In this document: positions 34,592 through 51,960 of the stretch, one piece after another
How positions within the stretch are numbered: the first letter of the stretch is position 1
How the letters are laid out: each line of letters starts with the position of its first letter
DNA from: Lama guanicoe
Lineage: Eukaryota
DNA length: 64,000 bases
Direction of reading: 5' to 3'
Assembly: GCA_013239625.1 (NCBI GenBank)
Contig: MU054117.1
Span: 4,987,514 to 5,051,513 of the forward strand
Translations under genes and position numbers: made by a program
Notes under the pieces: model-generated
Told to the model about the DNA's origin: nothing
Seen by the model: only the letters and a program-made list of their open reading frames with translations
The model's database searches: none

Positions 34592-37500
34592 ATGTCAGAT
34601 GAAGATCTGGAAGACTTTGAGCCAGACCTGGATGATCTGGAAAGGGAAGACGATGAGAAGGAGACAGAGGAGTGGGAGGACTACAGGAAGGAGGGAGAAG
34701 ACTTCTTGGGGGAAGTGAGAACAGGGACACGGAGTGGTCCCGGGGTTAAAGGGTGGAGTTGGGCTGGAAAGTGATATCTGAGTCTGTCCACTTCCTCCTG
34801 CAGTGGATGCCCACCCCCCTCACAGAGGACATGATGAAAGACGCGCTATCTTTGCTCTGCAAGACGGGTAATGGGCTGGCTCACGCATATGTCAAGCTGG
34901 AGGTTAAAGAGAGGTGCGTTTATGGGGGACCAGAAGAGGTCTGAGGTTGTAGGGCTCAGTTTCCTTTCTCACCCTCCATCCTGGGTGTTTTGGCCAAGTT
35001 TGGACCTCTGCCATCCTGGGCCAGTGAGGAGGGAGGGATAGAATCTACTTGTCAGGAGCCTGTGACTCCTTGAGTCAGGGCTGGCCTGGGGAAGTGGAGG
35101 CTGTGAGGGTATGCGGGGGGATTCCTGTTGGACGCCCTTGCTTGTCCTTCAGAGTGTCAGTTCTCCACCCTTCACAGACACGGTCCCTGTCCACTATTAA
35201 GAACCACTTTCTTTCCCCCTCCCTACCCCTCCCATCTGTCACCCACTCTTCTCTTCTTCCCTATAAGCCATCCTCTTGCTGCCCATGCTGGATTCTTTAC
35301 CCTAACCCTGGCCTCTGCTGTCTCCTAGGGATCTGACAGACATCTACTTGCTGCGTTCCTACATCCATCTGCGCTATGTAGATGTTTCTGAAAACCACTT
35401 GACAGACTTGTCCCCACTCAATTACCTCACCCACCTACTCTGGCTCAAGGCTGATGGCAACCTGTTGCACACCGCCCGGCTGAATGAACTGCCCTACCTG
35501 CAGATTGCCAGTTTTGCCTATAACAAGATCACTGACACTGAGGGCATCTCCCATCCTCGTCTGGCCAGCCTGGATCTCAAAGGTGAGGCCTTAGGATGGA
35601 CCTCACAAGATTCCTTCCTAGCCTGGGGCCAACAGAATTGGGTACCATGGTCCCTGACTGTGCCACACAGCAATCTGCATTCATTCATTCATTCATCACT
35701 CCTTCAGACCCTGATCATGATTCATGATGACTGTTCCATGTGCTAGAGAGGTGGCAGTGAACGAAACAAAGAAAATCCCCATTCTCATGTAGCTTACGTT
35801 CTAGTTGGGGGGGACAGACAATTATCAGTGATCACAATAAGTAAATGTATAAAGCATGTTAAAAGGAGATAGGTGCTATGGAAAAATAGATCACAGTAAA
35901 AGGAATGCGGGTGATTTCAAACAGGTTGGTTAGTATAAGTGTCATTGGGAAGTTGACATTTGAGCAAAGACTTGGAGGAGGAGAGTGAGTGAGCCATGTG
36001 GATTGCTGGGCACCCTCATTCTCTTCTCAAAGCCTTAGGTGGACACGTCCATCAGGCCCCTGGACCACCAGACTACTTTCCCCGGACCCCAGGAGGTGTG
36101 AAGTCTGGAGCTGCCCCTCCACACACCCACCTGGCATTAGAGAAGATGATGCAGAGGCTCCCCAAATTCCTGCTCTACTGCTGAACAGCCAGAGCTGCCC
36201 TTTGAACTCTTGACATTCTCCTTCTCCTCAGGGAACCACATCCATGTGGTGACAGGTCTGGACCCCCAAAAGCTGATTAGCCTGCACACACTGGAGCTTC
36301 GGGGAAACCAGCTGGACAGCACCCTGGGAATCAACCTTCCTAAGCTAAAGAACCTCTTCCTGGTAGCTCACTGGGTCATAGGGGGGCTGGTACTGGGAAG
36401 GGGGTGCCTGTCCTGGGGGCCAGGATGCCTGACTTCTACTTGATTCACCTGCTAACTTCATCATCATTTACTGAGCCCTTACTGGGTGCCAGATGCTGTA
36501 GGGATGCAAAGTCAAAACAGACAAGGTGCCTACCACTGAGCGGGGCTGACAACATACACTGTGTAGATAATACAGAGACAGTTTACTCTGATCCAGGCAG
36601 TAGCATAATGTGCCCGACTGAGGCACAGACATCAGGCTAAGGCCACTTCTGTGTCTAGTCTTTTAGACTCTTGAGCTTCTTCATTCCAGGATGGTGCTGA
36701 AGCCATTGCTCCTCAGAGGAGCAGTGAGGACGCTTGGGCCGGGGGATGGGTTGAAGCATCTCTGTAATCAGAGGCATCTATGGTGGGATGGGCAACAGGG
36801 GTTTATGGCTGACCTTCCTCTGGGCCGGCAGCTTCTCCTGAATTCTTTATGCCCTGCACTGATCTCTGCCCACCTCCACTCCCCTCCTGCACCCTCCCTC
36901 TCCACCTCGTGGATTTGCTCTTTTGCTGCATCTCTTTCTGATTTCTCTTCCTCCCTGCTCCCCTCCCCTCTCCCAATCCACCTGCTATACCCTGGGGCTA
37001 GGCTCAGAACATGCTGAAGAAGGTGGAAGGCTTGGAGAACCTAAGCAATCTCACTACCTTGCATCTTCGAGACAACCAGATTGAAACTCTGAGTGGCTTT
37101 TCCAAGGAAATGAAGTCACTGCAGTATCTCAACCTAAGGTATGCACCCCCTTTAGGTCCCACCTTGCTCCTGCCCCAGTCAGGAGCCTTGTGTTCCTCCC
37201 TGGTCCCAATCCCTGAGTCCTAGCCTACTCCCAGATTCTTATCTCATCCTCCATCCTGATCCTTACCCTCCTTTCCTTAATTTCTTCTGCATTCAGTCCT
37301 GACTGCAGCACCAAGACCTTTATAGTCTGAGATCCCTGAGCCCTATTCATTCAATCCACGGTTACTGAGAACGTGCTATGTGCCAGGCCTTGGGCTGTGT
37401 GTCAGGAACCATCTAAAGGAGTCAGAGGTGGTCTCTGTTCTCAGGGGACTCACGGTCTGGCTCCAAGTCTGTTTTCTTGGTCCTATCCCATAGAAGTTTC

Positions 37501-38920
37501 CACTGCCCTTCTCCATCTCCTGGACCTCAATTCTTCCAATTTCCTGCCTCTCTTCTCCCAAGCCCCACCTGTAAGGGATGGCCCCACATTGATATAAAAC
37601 ACAAGGTGTGCTCAGCTTTGAGGAGAGGAGTATTTAAAAGAAAATCCCTAGGTGGAGAGGTGCTGAGGAGCGGGCGATTTTCTTTCAGCAGCTCCTGTCT
37701 GGTGGCGGATGTTAGGTGTGTTTCTTTAAACAAAGATGTAAAGAAATTTCCTCTTTAGTCAACAAGGTCAAATCTTTGAGGCTGGCAATGGAAAGAGACT
37801 CTCCAAGTAGGGAGGGGTGGTTGTACCTTGAAGCCCCGAGTCCTGGAGTGATCGCACAGTGGTCTGGTGGGGTGGAGGGGCTGCTGTTTTCCTGTTAATG
37901 GTCTAGACAGGGATAACGGACCTTCCTCACTGGCTGTCAACCAGGGATGTTTGGAAGTAAGTGGAGGGAGAGGGGTTGTCTCAGTCAGTGACCGGGAGGT
38001 GCCTCTGGGGCAAAAGACCTGCAACGCACAGGACAGCTGGGGACCAAGTGCGTGTAGCTCTCCCATGAGAAGCACCGTGCAAGGTTCAGCATCTCTCTGA
38101 GATAAGGCTGAAACGTGGAAGCCTAATTTCATAAAGGAGTGAGGCAAGAGCAAGGAAATAAAAGCAGAGTCTCATACAATATACACACACCCGAGGGGAG
38201 AATGCTTGTTCTTCAGGCTGAGAGGCCCCGACCCACCCCTAGCTCTAAGCTCCTTCCTGTGGGAGCCCCAAACCTCTGACTAGGAGTGACGACACAGAAG
38301 AAATCTGTCCCTGCGAGGGAGACTCCCCCCTCCTCCCCAACTGCAAGACAGGGTTGAGACCTAGCTCTGCTGCTCCAAGAGGATAAATACAACACATTCC
38401 AGAATAGACAGTGGCACCTAGAGATTCCTTGAAGGGCAGAAGCAGGACAGGAGTGGGGTTGGATGGCATCTCAACAGCGAATCTGGCTATGTTTGGTGGG
38501 CCAGCCCACAGAGGCCACTTTTCTAGAGAAACTGGAGCCCAGCGGGAGATTTGCCCCAAGACCCCATTCCTGGCAGTTGGTCTCCAAAGCCCACAGTTCC
38601 CTGGTGAACCCCTCCCGACTGCACCGCACCGCACCGGCAGGGGCAACATGGTGACTGACCTGCGGGAGCTAGCCCAGCTGCGGGACCTGCCCAAGCTTCG
38701 AGCCTTGGTGCTGCTGGACAACCCGTGCACGGACGAGAACGACTACCGCCAAGAGGCCCTGGTGCAGATAGCACAGCTTGAACGCCTGGACAAGGACTTC
38801 TATGATGAGGAGGAGCGGGCTGATGCCGATGAGATCCGTCAGCGGCTGAAGGAGGAGCAGGAGCAGGAGGCTGAGGCTGAGCCCGAGCCCGAGCCAGAGC
38901 CTGAATCTGAACAGGACTAG
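34592..38920 (+). CDS. LRRC23: Leucine-rich repeat-containing protein 23 (motile cilia/sperm radial spoke component), 344 aa
   Basis: Exons 34592-34714, 34804-34913, 35329-35582, 36232-36362, 37002-37138, 38641-38920 (1035 nt). Acidic N-terminus, LxxLxLxxNxL repeats, LRR-cap (NPC...YR...LERLD) and an acidic tail. Confidence 0.96.
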
Positions 38921-39835
38921 TTATTGATCCAGCGGTTCTGGCCTCCAGGGATAGTAAGAAAGTGGGGCAGGGAGGCAGGAAGAGGAGGCTGGGGCCTGCA
39001 GATGGGGAAGAGGAGGAGTGGCCGTAGGAGGAGGGGGTGAAGAAGGCATAGCCAAGGAGAACCCTTGGGGATACCTGGGTTAGGAGCCAGGGGTGTCCCA
39101 GGTTCAGGAGAAGGAACAAGAAGGGCCTGGAAGGAGCTGAAAAAGGCTGAGGAGATACATCAGGAAGCCTAAAGAGTAAGTGAAAAGAATCCGGGTGGCA
39201 GGCAGAAGTGGTGGTGTGGGCTGGGCAGCCACACCTGACTCAGAGTGGAGATCAGCCAGAAAGGCTAGGCTGGGGCATGGTGAGGGGTGGGTTAGGGGCA
39301 GTGTATGAGGATGTGGGCCGGGTCTAGGGAAGGGGAAGAGGGGAAGATCCTGTACAATTATCTGAAGCTAAAAATAACAGGACACGGGGCAGAAGGAAGA
39401 AAGGAGGGCAGGGTGAGGCAGAAAGAGATGGAGGTGATGAGTCCAGGGAAGGGTGGCAGCTGGCACTCCAGATGGGGCAGAGGCAGCAGTGGGAGAGCAG
39501 CAGGGCCCAAAGGCTTGGCTTCTGTCCCCTTCCTCCAGGAGAGCAAAGACGCTGGTCCCAAACTGAGAAGACTCCCAGTTACAGGAGCCACCACACGCAC
39601 ACCCCTCATCCGGAGCCAGAGGCTGCCTTCTCCTGCCCCAGGCCTGGAAATCTATCACAGCCTGGCGCCCAGGATCTCTATGGGACACCTGGGCAGCGGT
39701 GCTTAGGCAGGGGGCAGCCCTCAGGCAGGTCTGGTGGGAGTCAGGCCTGGATGGGCCAAGGGGATGCTGCAAGAATTGGCTGTGGAGGAGCTTCGGAAGC
39801 GGCGGCCTGGGGTGTTAGGAACAGCTCGGTTTTCC

Positions 39836-39841
39836 AATAAA
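39836..39841 (+). terminator. LRRC23 polyadenylation signal
   Basis: AATAAA followed by T/GT-rich sequence, ending a probable non-coding last exon that starts at 39539. Confidence 0.75.
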
Positions 39842-39949
39842 GAGACATTTTGATACTCTTGTGTCTGATCGGGTTTGTGAGACACTGAGTCTATGGTGGG
39901 CTTCACTGGCGTGAGGCTGAGACTGTTACTTTACGGGGGGTCGGTGTGT

Positions 39950-40450
39950 GGGTATGAATGCGCGTGGGTGGTGGGAGGCCAGGTCCTGGGTCGCCCCCAG
40001 CCCCTGCCCCATCACTCTCCCCGAACCCTCCCCACCCCACCCCATCGGTCCCCCACCCGCGCTCCTACGTGCGCCTCCGCCGGCGGCTCCTGACTCATCG
40101 GGGGCTCCGGGTCACATGCGCCCGCCCGGCCCTATCGGCGCCTCCCCTCGCCCGCCGCCCGGGAGCCGCAGCCGCCGCCGCCGCCGCCGCCACTCCCGCT
40201 CTCTCTGCGCCGCCGCCGCCGCCGCCACCGCCAGCACCGCCGCCAGAGGCTGGGTCTGCAGCCCTGAGGTGAAGCCCCGGCGGAGCCCCGCACCCCTCCG
40301 GCCCCCTTCCCTCGCCGCTGCGCCCCCGCCCCTCTTCCCCTGCCTCGCGCATCCCTTGCCCCGCGGCGCTGCGCACCTGCTCCATCACCCGCGCCTCCCC
40401 GGCACCCCTCCTTTCCTGGCCTCCCCGGCCGGTCGGTTTCAGGAGGTCGC
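39950..40450 (+). promoter_or_regulatory. ENO2 CpG-island promoter and non-coding exon 1 (donor after 40268)
   Basis: AP-1 TGACTCA at 40091-40097, (GCC)n runs at 40166-40245, and GAG|GTGAAG donor. The exon-2 acceptor is at 41400/41401. Confidence 0.8.
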
Positions 40451-41412
40451 CCCTTCCTCATTAGGGCGCCAGGCCTCTCCACACCTGTGTGTCTCTAACT
40501 GCGCCCTTCTCTACCCTTGCCTGCCCCCTCCCCATGCCGTCTTCGCCTCTGTCGATGTTTTAAATTCATGGTCTCTCAGGGCTGTGCATTTTCATCCTGG
40601 CATGTCCCTTGGCTTTGCATCGGGGAAATGTCTTCTCTCATCCTTCCTCAGCATCCCCAGACTTCCTCTAGACCCCCTTTCTCCCACTCCTCCCCCGCAT
40701 TGCTCTCTCCCATTACGGTGCTGCTCTCCACTGCACGGGGGAGGGATGGGAGGCGGGGGGAAATTTGCCTAGGGGTCGAGGGGAGGGTTGGCCCAGGTTT
40801 GCCTCTCCCCACGTATCTCTCCTCCCCCTCCCTCCCGACTGCAACCCCCAGAGACTGAGGACCCTCTCTCCAGACTTCTCTACTGTACATCTCTCCGGAA
40901 GAGGAGGGACGAGATTGGGACCCAGGAGTGGGGGCTAGGGTGTTAAATTGGCTGAGATGGGGGCTCCGGAGGACAGGCCCCAGCTGTCCAGGCAACCCAT
41001 GTTCTGACTCCACGGAGACATGCAAGGCTGGCAGCCACACGGCTCTGAGGAGATCTGGGGGAACCCCACCAGCCGGCTGCTGCTGCAGCTGCCGAGGGGG
41101 CGAGGGAACCGCTGCCCCTCCCCTCCTCACTGCGGTGTCCTCCCTTCTCGGCGTTTACTCTTACCCCGCCCCTCACCGCAGTGACCTCCCCTTCCTCACT
41201 GCATTGACCTTCTCCTCTCCCCACGGCGGGGGGGATCCCTTCTACAGCCGACGGCCGCAACCTGCTCCTCCCCACCCCCACCCACTGCAGTACCCACTTT
41301 CCCATCCCTCCCGGCCTCCCACCGTCCGGCCCCTCCCACTGATCTCAGGCTCCACCCCTCTAAGCCTCTTAGCTTTCTCCTTCCTTCCCTTCCACCTAAG
41401 ATCCCAGCCATC

Positions 41413-46671
<5,259 letters not shown>

Positions 46672-47497
46672 TTCCCCTACCGGCCTGGAGACTTGGAACC
46701 CCTCACCCCTCCTCCTGGAAGCTCTTCCTTCTGGTCCTGCTCGAAATTTCACCCCAGACACCCCAGCTGACCTGCTGCGATGCTCCTTGGCTGGTCCAGC
46801 CCCTGCTGTCTCCGCTCGCCCCGTCTCTGGGTTCCAAACTCTCCACTCCTTCCTTTCCATTCTCCCTCCTCAAAAACTGGCCATGGACTGAGGGTTTTAA
46901 GGGCATCCATGGAGGGCCGATCAGGGTCTGAGACGGAGTGTCAGGGTCAGTTGCTGTGGTATTTGTTTACAGAGGGGGCATGCGTCATGTGTCCTTTGTG
47001 CTGGTTGTGTTTCTGTAATCTGTATGAGGCAGAACTGCGCTGAGTGCTCAGTGGAGGGGAGGTCTGTGCTGGCTGCGTGCTCGTGCCTGGCCGAAGGAGG
47101 CTCTAGGGTAAAATTTATTCATTTATTTATTTTTCATTCATCTTGTTAGTTAATGAATCACTTCCCCATAACTCCAGGGCCAGAGACCGGCCTGACTGGA
47201 GGGGGTTCTGTGTCTGTATTTCATGTGACTGTAGATTCCCAGATAGCCTGGGGTGGGGGTCTTGCTGGAACAGGAAGGGTAACTGAATGATGACAGTTCC
47301 TGTGTGTTCCAAGCCTTAACTGCAGCCTGGCTCGATCCAGAGGTGGGGCTGTGCGCCTGGGGGCTCTCCCCCATTCCTCTCTCCCTGGCCCTAGCTTCCC
47401 CGTTCTTCCTCCAGCTGCACCCCAGCACTGTCTCACTCCCCTCCGTGCCGTGTTCCACAGCTGCCAGCACCTCTGTGGCGTTGAAATGAGCACCACC

Positions 47498-47503
47498 ATT
47501 AAA
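47498..47503 (+). terminator. ENO2 polyadenylation signal (ATTAAA variant)
   Basis: ATTAAA about 830 nt after the stop codon, followed by GT-rich TTAGTGTGTCTG. Confidence 0.75.
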
Positions 47504-49805
47504 GTCTGAGTCACCGTGCGTTAGTGTGTCTGAGGAGTCTTACTCTAGTCTACACAAGAGGACAGAAGATGGAGCTCCTGGAAATCGGTGAAACTGGATA
47601 GCAGAGATGGGGAGGAAACAAAAAGAGGAAGAAACCCAACAAATACGGCCAGGAGGATGGCACTGCCTACCCTGCCCTGGCCAGGTGGGGAGCACGTTGC
47701 CTTGCCTTAGCAGCAAGCCTGGGTGCCAGGACCCAGGTGAATTAGGGGTTCTTAACCTGGGGTCCAGGAATCCTAAAAGGATCAAAAATTTTGTGCTTAT
47801 GCATTTTTGGAGAAAAGGGTCCAAAGTATTTCTGGATTGGCCAAGGGCCTTAACCAAAGAAGGAATGAGGCTGGAGCAGCTCCTTACTGGCCCTCTCCCA
47901 GACACCATCTTGGCTGCTTCTGGGACAGGACAGCCCAGCCCAGGCAGCACCCCTGCAAGGTGGGGACCTGGGGAGGGAAGAATGGACCAGGGGGCCTGGA
48001 GGAGGCCTGAGGAAACTCAGCCTTCCTGTAAACGGGAGGTTCAGGACCTGGCGGGCTGGGTCAGCCTGCCGGTAGGATGCTGGTGTGTGGCCAGAGACCC
48101 ACTGTCAGTCTTCAGCTCCAGCAGGGCCTCAGCGTTGAGATGGGAATCCAGAACCCCCTGGGGGAGAAGCCCCCTCACAGGGCTGGGATACCAGGGCCCA
48201 GCTGGCTCAGGCGGTGGGGAGCTGCGGCCACTAGAGGGAGTAAAGGTTCTGCAGGACGTGGCCTGCAGCCGGGCCAGGGGTGAGGTGGGAGGAATTTCAA
48301 GGTTGCTCCCTCTGTGGGCCTCCCACTCTGTTTCTTCTCTGAGTTCTGGTTCTGGGCCCCCTCTGCCATCCTGCTGGGCTCCAGGACTGGAAGAGGATTC
48401 CAGTTCTGTACAGGGAGGATCCGTTTCTCTGCTTTTCTCTTTCCTATGTTGCTGACAACTCAGCCATTTTAAGTTCAAATAGCTCCTTGCCCTCTCTAAG
48501 CCTCTTCACTCCAGTGGGGGCATCTCAGCTTTCCCTTCTCTGCTGTCTGCTGTGCCCCTTTCTGTTTCCCTTGGGCACGGTGTGCTTTTCTGGGGTTCAT
48601 CATGTCTGCTGTTCTTCAGTAATCTTGGACTGACCAGGGCCCTTCTGGTTGGAACCACATTTCCTAACCCTCTGCCCTTTCCTCCCTCCTTTGCTAGGTG
48701 GCCTTCTCTGGCAGCCACCCCCTCAACCCCCCCCAACTACCCCCAACCCAGTACCTGAGGGGTTGGATTGGGTTACAGCTAGCTCTGCCTGGGCCTCCCA
48801 GGCCCCTCTCACCACTTTCTTTCTGTGCTGTTGCCTGGAGACCAGTGGGTTGTGGGGGGCTGGGGCCAGAGAGGGAGCTGGAGTGAGGGATGACGGGGTG
48901 TGTGTGATGCTCCCTGAAGCAGAATTGGGAGCCTGGGTCCCAGGTAGGGGAGGAACTGGAAGGAGGAGGCCCTGCCTTCTCTCCTCACTCTCCCCACCCC
49001 CTGTTCCTATCAATGCCTAAATTTTTCTTTTAGGCTCAGATGTGTCACCATCCTAGCCCATCCCTTAGTGGTTAAAAAAGGAGGGAGAAGAGCGCTGCCT
49101 GGGAGCTAAGAAGGGCCTGGGCCAGAGCCCAGTGGGGGACTGCACTGAGAAGTGCAAAGAGGAAATGCACTGGGGGGTGGGGAGGTGGGGAGGAGTCTTG
49201 GAACAAAGTTAGGGGGTGTGGAGGAGGAAGGGAGTGGGCAGTGGGGTGGGGCGGGGCTCTGTGGAAGGCCCTGAGGGATGCGGAAGGTGGGCCTGGGGTA
49301 ATAAAGTGAGTGCCAACCAATTCAAGTGTCTGAAGAGTGGTGATTCATTCCTAAGCCAAGGAAGCCTTCCGGCTCAGGTCCCCAGTGCTTTAGAATCCGT
49401 TTAGAGCTTTTGGGTATTCCTAGAACTTGGCTGAGCCTGGCCCTAAGAAACATGAGGCAAAATCTACTAGTTGCTACAAAGCCAACCTCCTTTCTCTCCA
49501 GAAGGCTGGCGGGGTTCTGCCTTCAGGGCCCTCCCTCTGCCTCTAGCCAGCTTGGCTACACACACACCCCACCCCCACCCCAAATCTGGAGCGCTATTGA
49601 GGGCTCTCAATCCAGATCCATACTCCAGCTCCAGCTCTTCCTGTTTCCCAGCTTGCCTCCCTCCTGTTCTCCCGGGCCTTCCCAATCTCAGCTGCCAAAA
49701 ATCACCAAGCATCTAGTGTCCTTTGTCCTGGGAGATGTTGCAGCTTGGTATGGGACAGGGAAAGGGCCCAGAAGACACTGGTGGTGGACTGGGGGTTGCT
49801 GGGTT

Positions 49806-50009
49806 CATGGCTGAAGATGGAATGGGGGGGGGGTGCTGTCAGAGTCAGAGGCTGCCTGGAAGGCAGTGCCCGGAGGAGGAAGAGCCCGCAGTCTGTGGAG
49901 GGATTGTACATGGCTGAAGATGGAATGGGGGGGGGTGCTGTCAGAGTCAGAGGCTGCCTGGAAGGCAGTGCCCGGAGGAGGAAGAGCCCGCAGTCTGTGG
50001 AGGGATTGT
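49806..50009 (+). repeat. 102-bp tandem duplication
   Basis: 49806-49907 and 49909-50009 are identical except for G10 versus G9. Confidence 0.97.
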
Positions 50010-50929
50010 CTCCACATTAGTGACTGCGACTGGGGAACCAGGGCACCTGGGGTTGTTTCCACACTAATCCCCACCTGACCCGACCCTGTGGCCCAAAGTA
50101 CCATGAGTGATGACTTCGAACAGATTCGAGAAGGAAAATGGAGCTGCAGCCTGGCAGAGGGCCTGAGGATGGTGTCCCACTCCTATAAACGAATGCCTTC
50201 CCTACACTGGGGCTTGGCCTCCCCATCTCTACCATTTCCTTCTGGTTTCCCTTCCCATCTCCATTGGCTTTTCCTCCCCATCACTGACCTTCCCTCCTCC
50301 ATACTGCCACCAAAGGCCTTGTCTATCTTAAATTTCCTTCTATCTTTTCCCAGACCCCTCCACCTCATTCTATCTACTTGGTCTTACCCACCCTCCTCAG
50401 CCCTTTTAGAAACCCTAACCCCCAGAACGAGGGTGTCTTCCACCCTCCTGTCCCGCCCAGAACGTGGTCCCCCTGGAATATGCATCTGGTCCCACCTCCT
50501 TCATCCTTTCTTAAGGTTCCTCTTGCTTTCCCTTCTCTTCACATGACATCTCTAGACTTGTCACTCTTCCAAATCCTTACATTCCCTAGTCTTTCCCCAA
50601 CATCAATCACCCCCAAACTCTTCACTCTGGTCCAGAAACCTCATTCTCCTGTATGTCTCCATTTTTAATTTCTTCCCCTCCTCATGACCCCAAACTTCCA
50701 TCCCATTCTCTCCCAGTTGCCCCCCAAACCTCTCCTGCTACGTGTCTACCAGAGACGCTGTCACCCCAACCTTCTTTCACCTCCCCTTGTCGCACACCTC
50801 ACTGCCCCCAGGAAGCTCCATGCCTCCAGTCTTACCCCAGTCTCTGCCACAACCTCCCACCTCACCTCTGCCACACACCCTTGGCCCCCAAACTTTCCCC
50901 AGCCTCCGCCACATCTGCCCTTACAGCCC

Positions 50930-51960
50930 ACGGCCCCTCCTACCTAGCCCTCTCCGGCGCCAGGCCCGCGGGCTCCCCGCATTCCGCCTCGGCGAACCCC
51001 TCCCCGCGCCCCGACCCCCTCGGCCTCGGCCTCGGCCAACTCGCACGGCGCCTCCCCCTCTCCGGATCCCCCTCTCCCCTCCCCTCGCCGCTCGCCTTGC
51101 GCTCCCTCCCTCGCGGCTCCCTCCCGGCCCCTCTCTCCTCCGTTCCTCCGCGCTCCCTCCTTCTCCCTCTTCCTCCCTTCTCCCATCCCCCTCTCCCGAG
51201 CTCCCTCCCTTCGCCGTCCGCTTTCCTGTGCGAGTCGCCGGACGCGCCGGCCAACCCGCCCGCCCGCAGCCCCGCGTCGGGCCGGGGCCTCGGGCCGGGA
51301 CCCGTTTCGGGGGGACCGCCGGCCTCGGGGAGGGGCCAAGAGGGGGCGAGGGAGACGACCGCCCGGGAAGGGGCGGGGGCCGCGGGCGGAGGCCGCCTAG
51401 GGGGCCCGCGATCGCGCGGGGGCGGGCTGCGCGGGGCGGGCGCGGGCAGCGGGCGGGAGGCGGCGGCTCCGAGCCGCGCAGAGGGCCGGCCGGGCCGCGG
51501 GGGCGGGCGGACGGCGCAGCGGGGGCGAGCGGCGCGGCCCGGGCGTTCCGGGCGGTCGTGGGAGGCGGCGGGCCTGGGGAGGGGCCGAGCGAGAGCGGGG
51601 ATAGGGATTTGCTCCGGGGGCCGGCGGGCGATCCGGGCCAGGTAGGGGAAAAGGGGGGATGGGGGCCACCCTCCGGGGGGGTCGGGGCCGCCGCCGCCGC
51701 CGTCGCGGCGGGGACTGAAGCCGGGAAGAGGAGAGGGGGGCGGGGGAGCGGCTGCCGCCGCCCCCCAGAGACGCCAGAGCCCCGAATCCTGCTCGGAGCC
51801 AGCCAGCAGTCCCGAGCTACAACCAGGTAAGATCTGCTGCCGCCCGGGCCTCGGGCCCGCCCGAGTTCTGGCCCGCGGCTCCCCACCCCCACCCCTCCCA
51901 GTTCCCCCTCCCGCCACCGCCGCCTCCATTTGTTATTTTCTCGATCCGGTCCCCCACTGC
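50930..51960 (+). promoter_or_regulatory. ATN1 CpG-island promoter and non-coding first exon (donor after 51826)
   Basis: Extremely CpG-rich, with a CAG|GTAAGA donor at 51826/51827. The next acceptor is TTTTCCCAACAG at 56036. Confidence 0.85.

Noticed and set aside
47607..48455. 282-aa ORF between ENO2 and ATN1
   Set aside because: No recognisable domain or splice structure; composition is typical of GC-rich non-coding DNA.
50653..51929. Four overlapping 320-360 aa ORFs on both strands
   Set aside because: They lie in the ATN1 CpG island, where stop codons are depleted. They are G/P/R/A low-complexity with no domain and mostly non-ATG starts.
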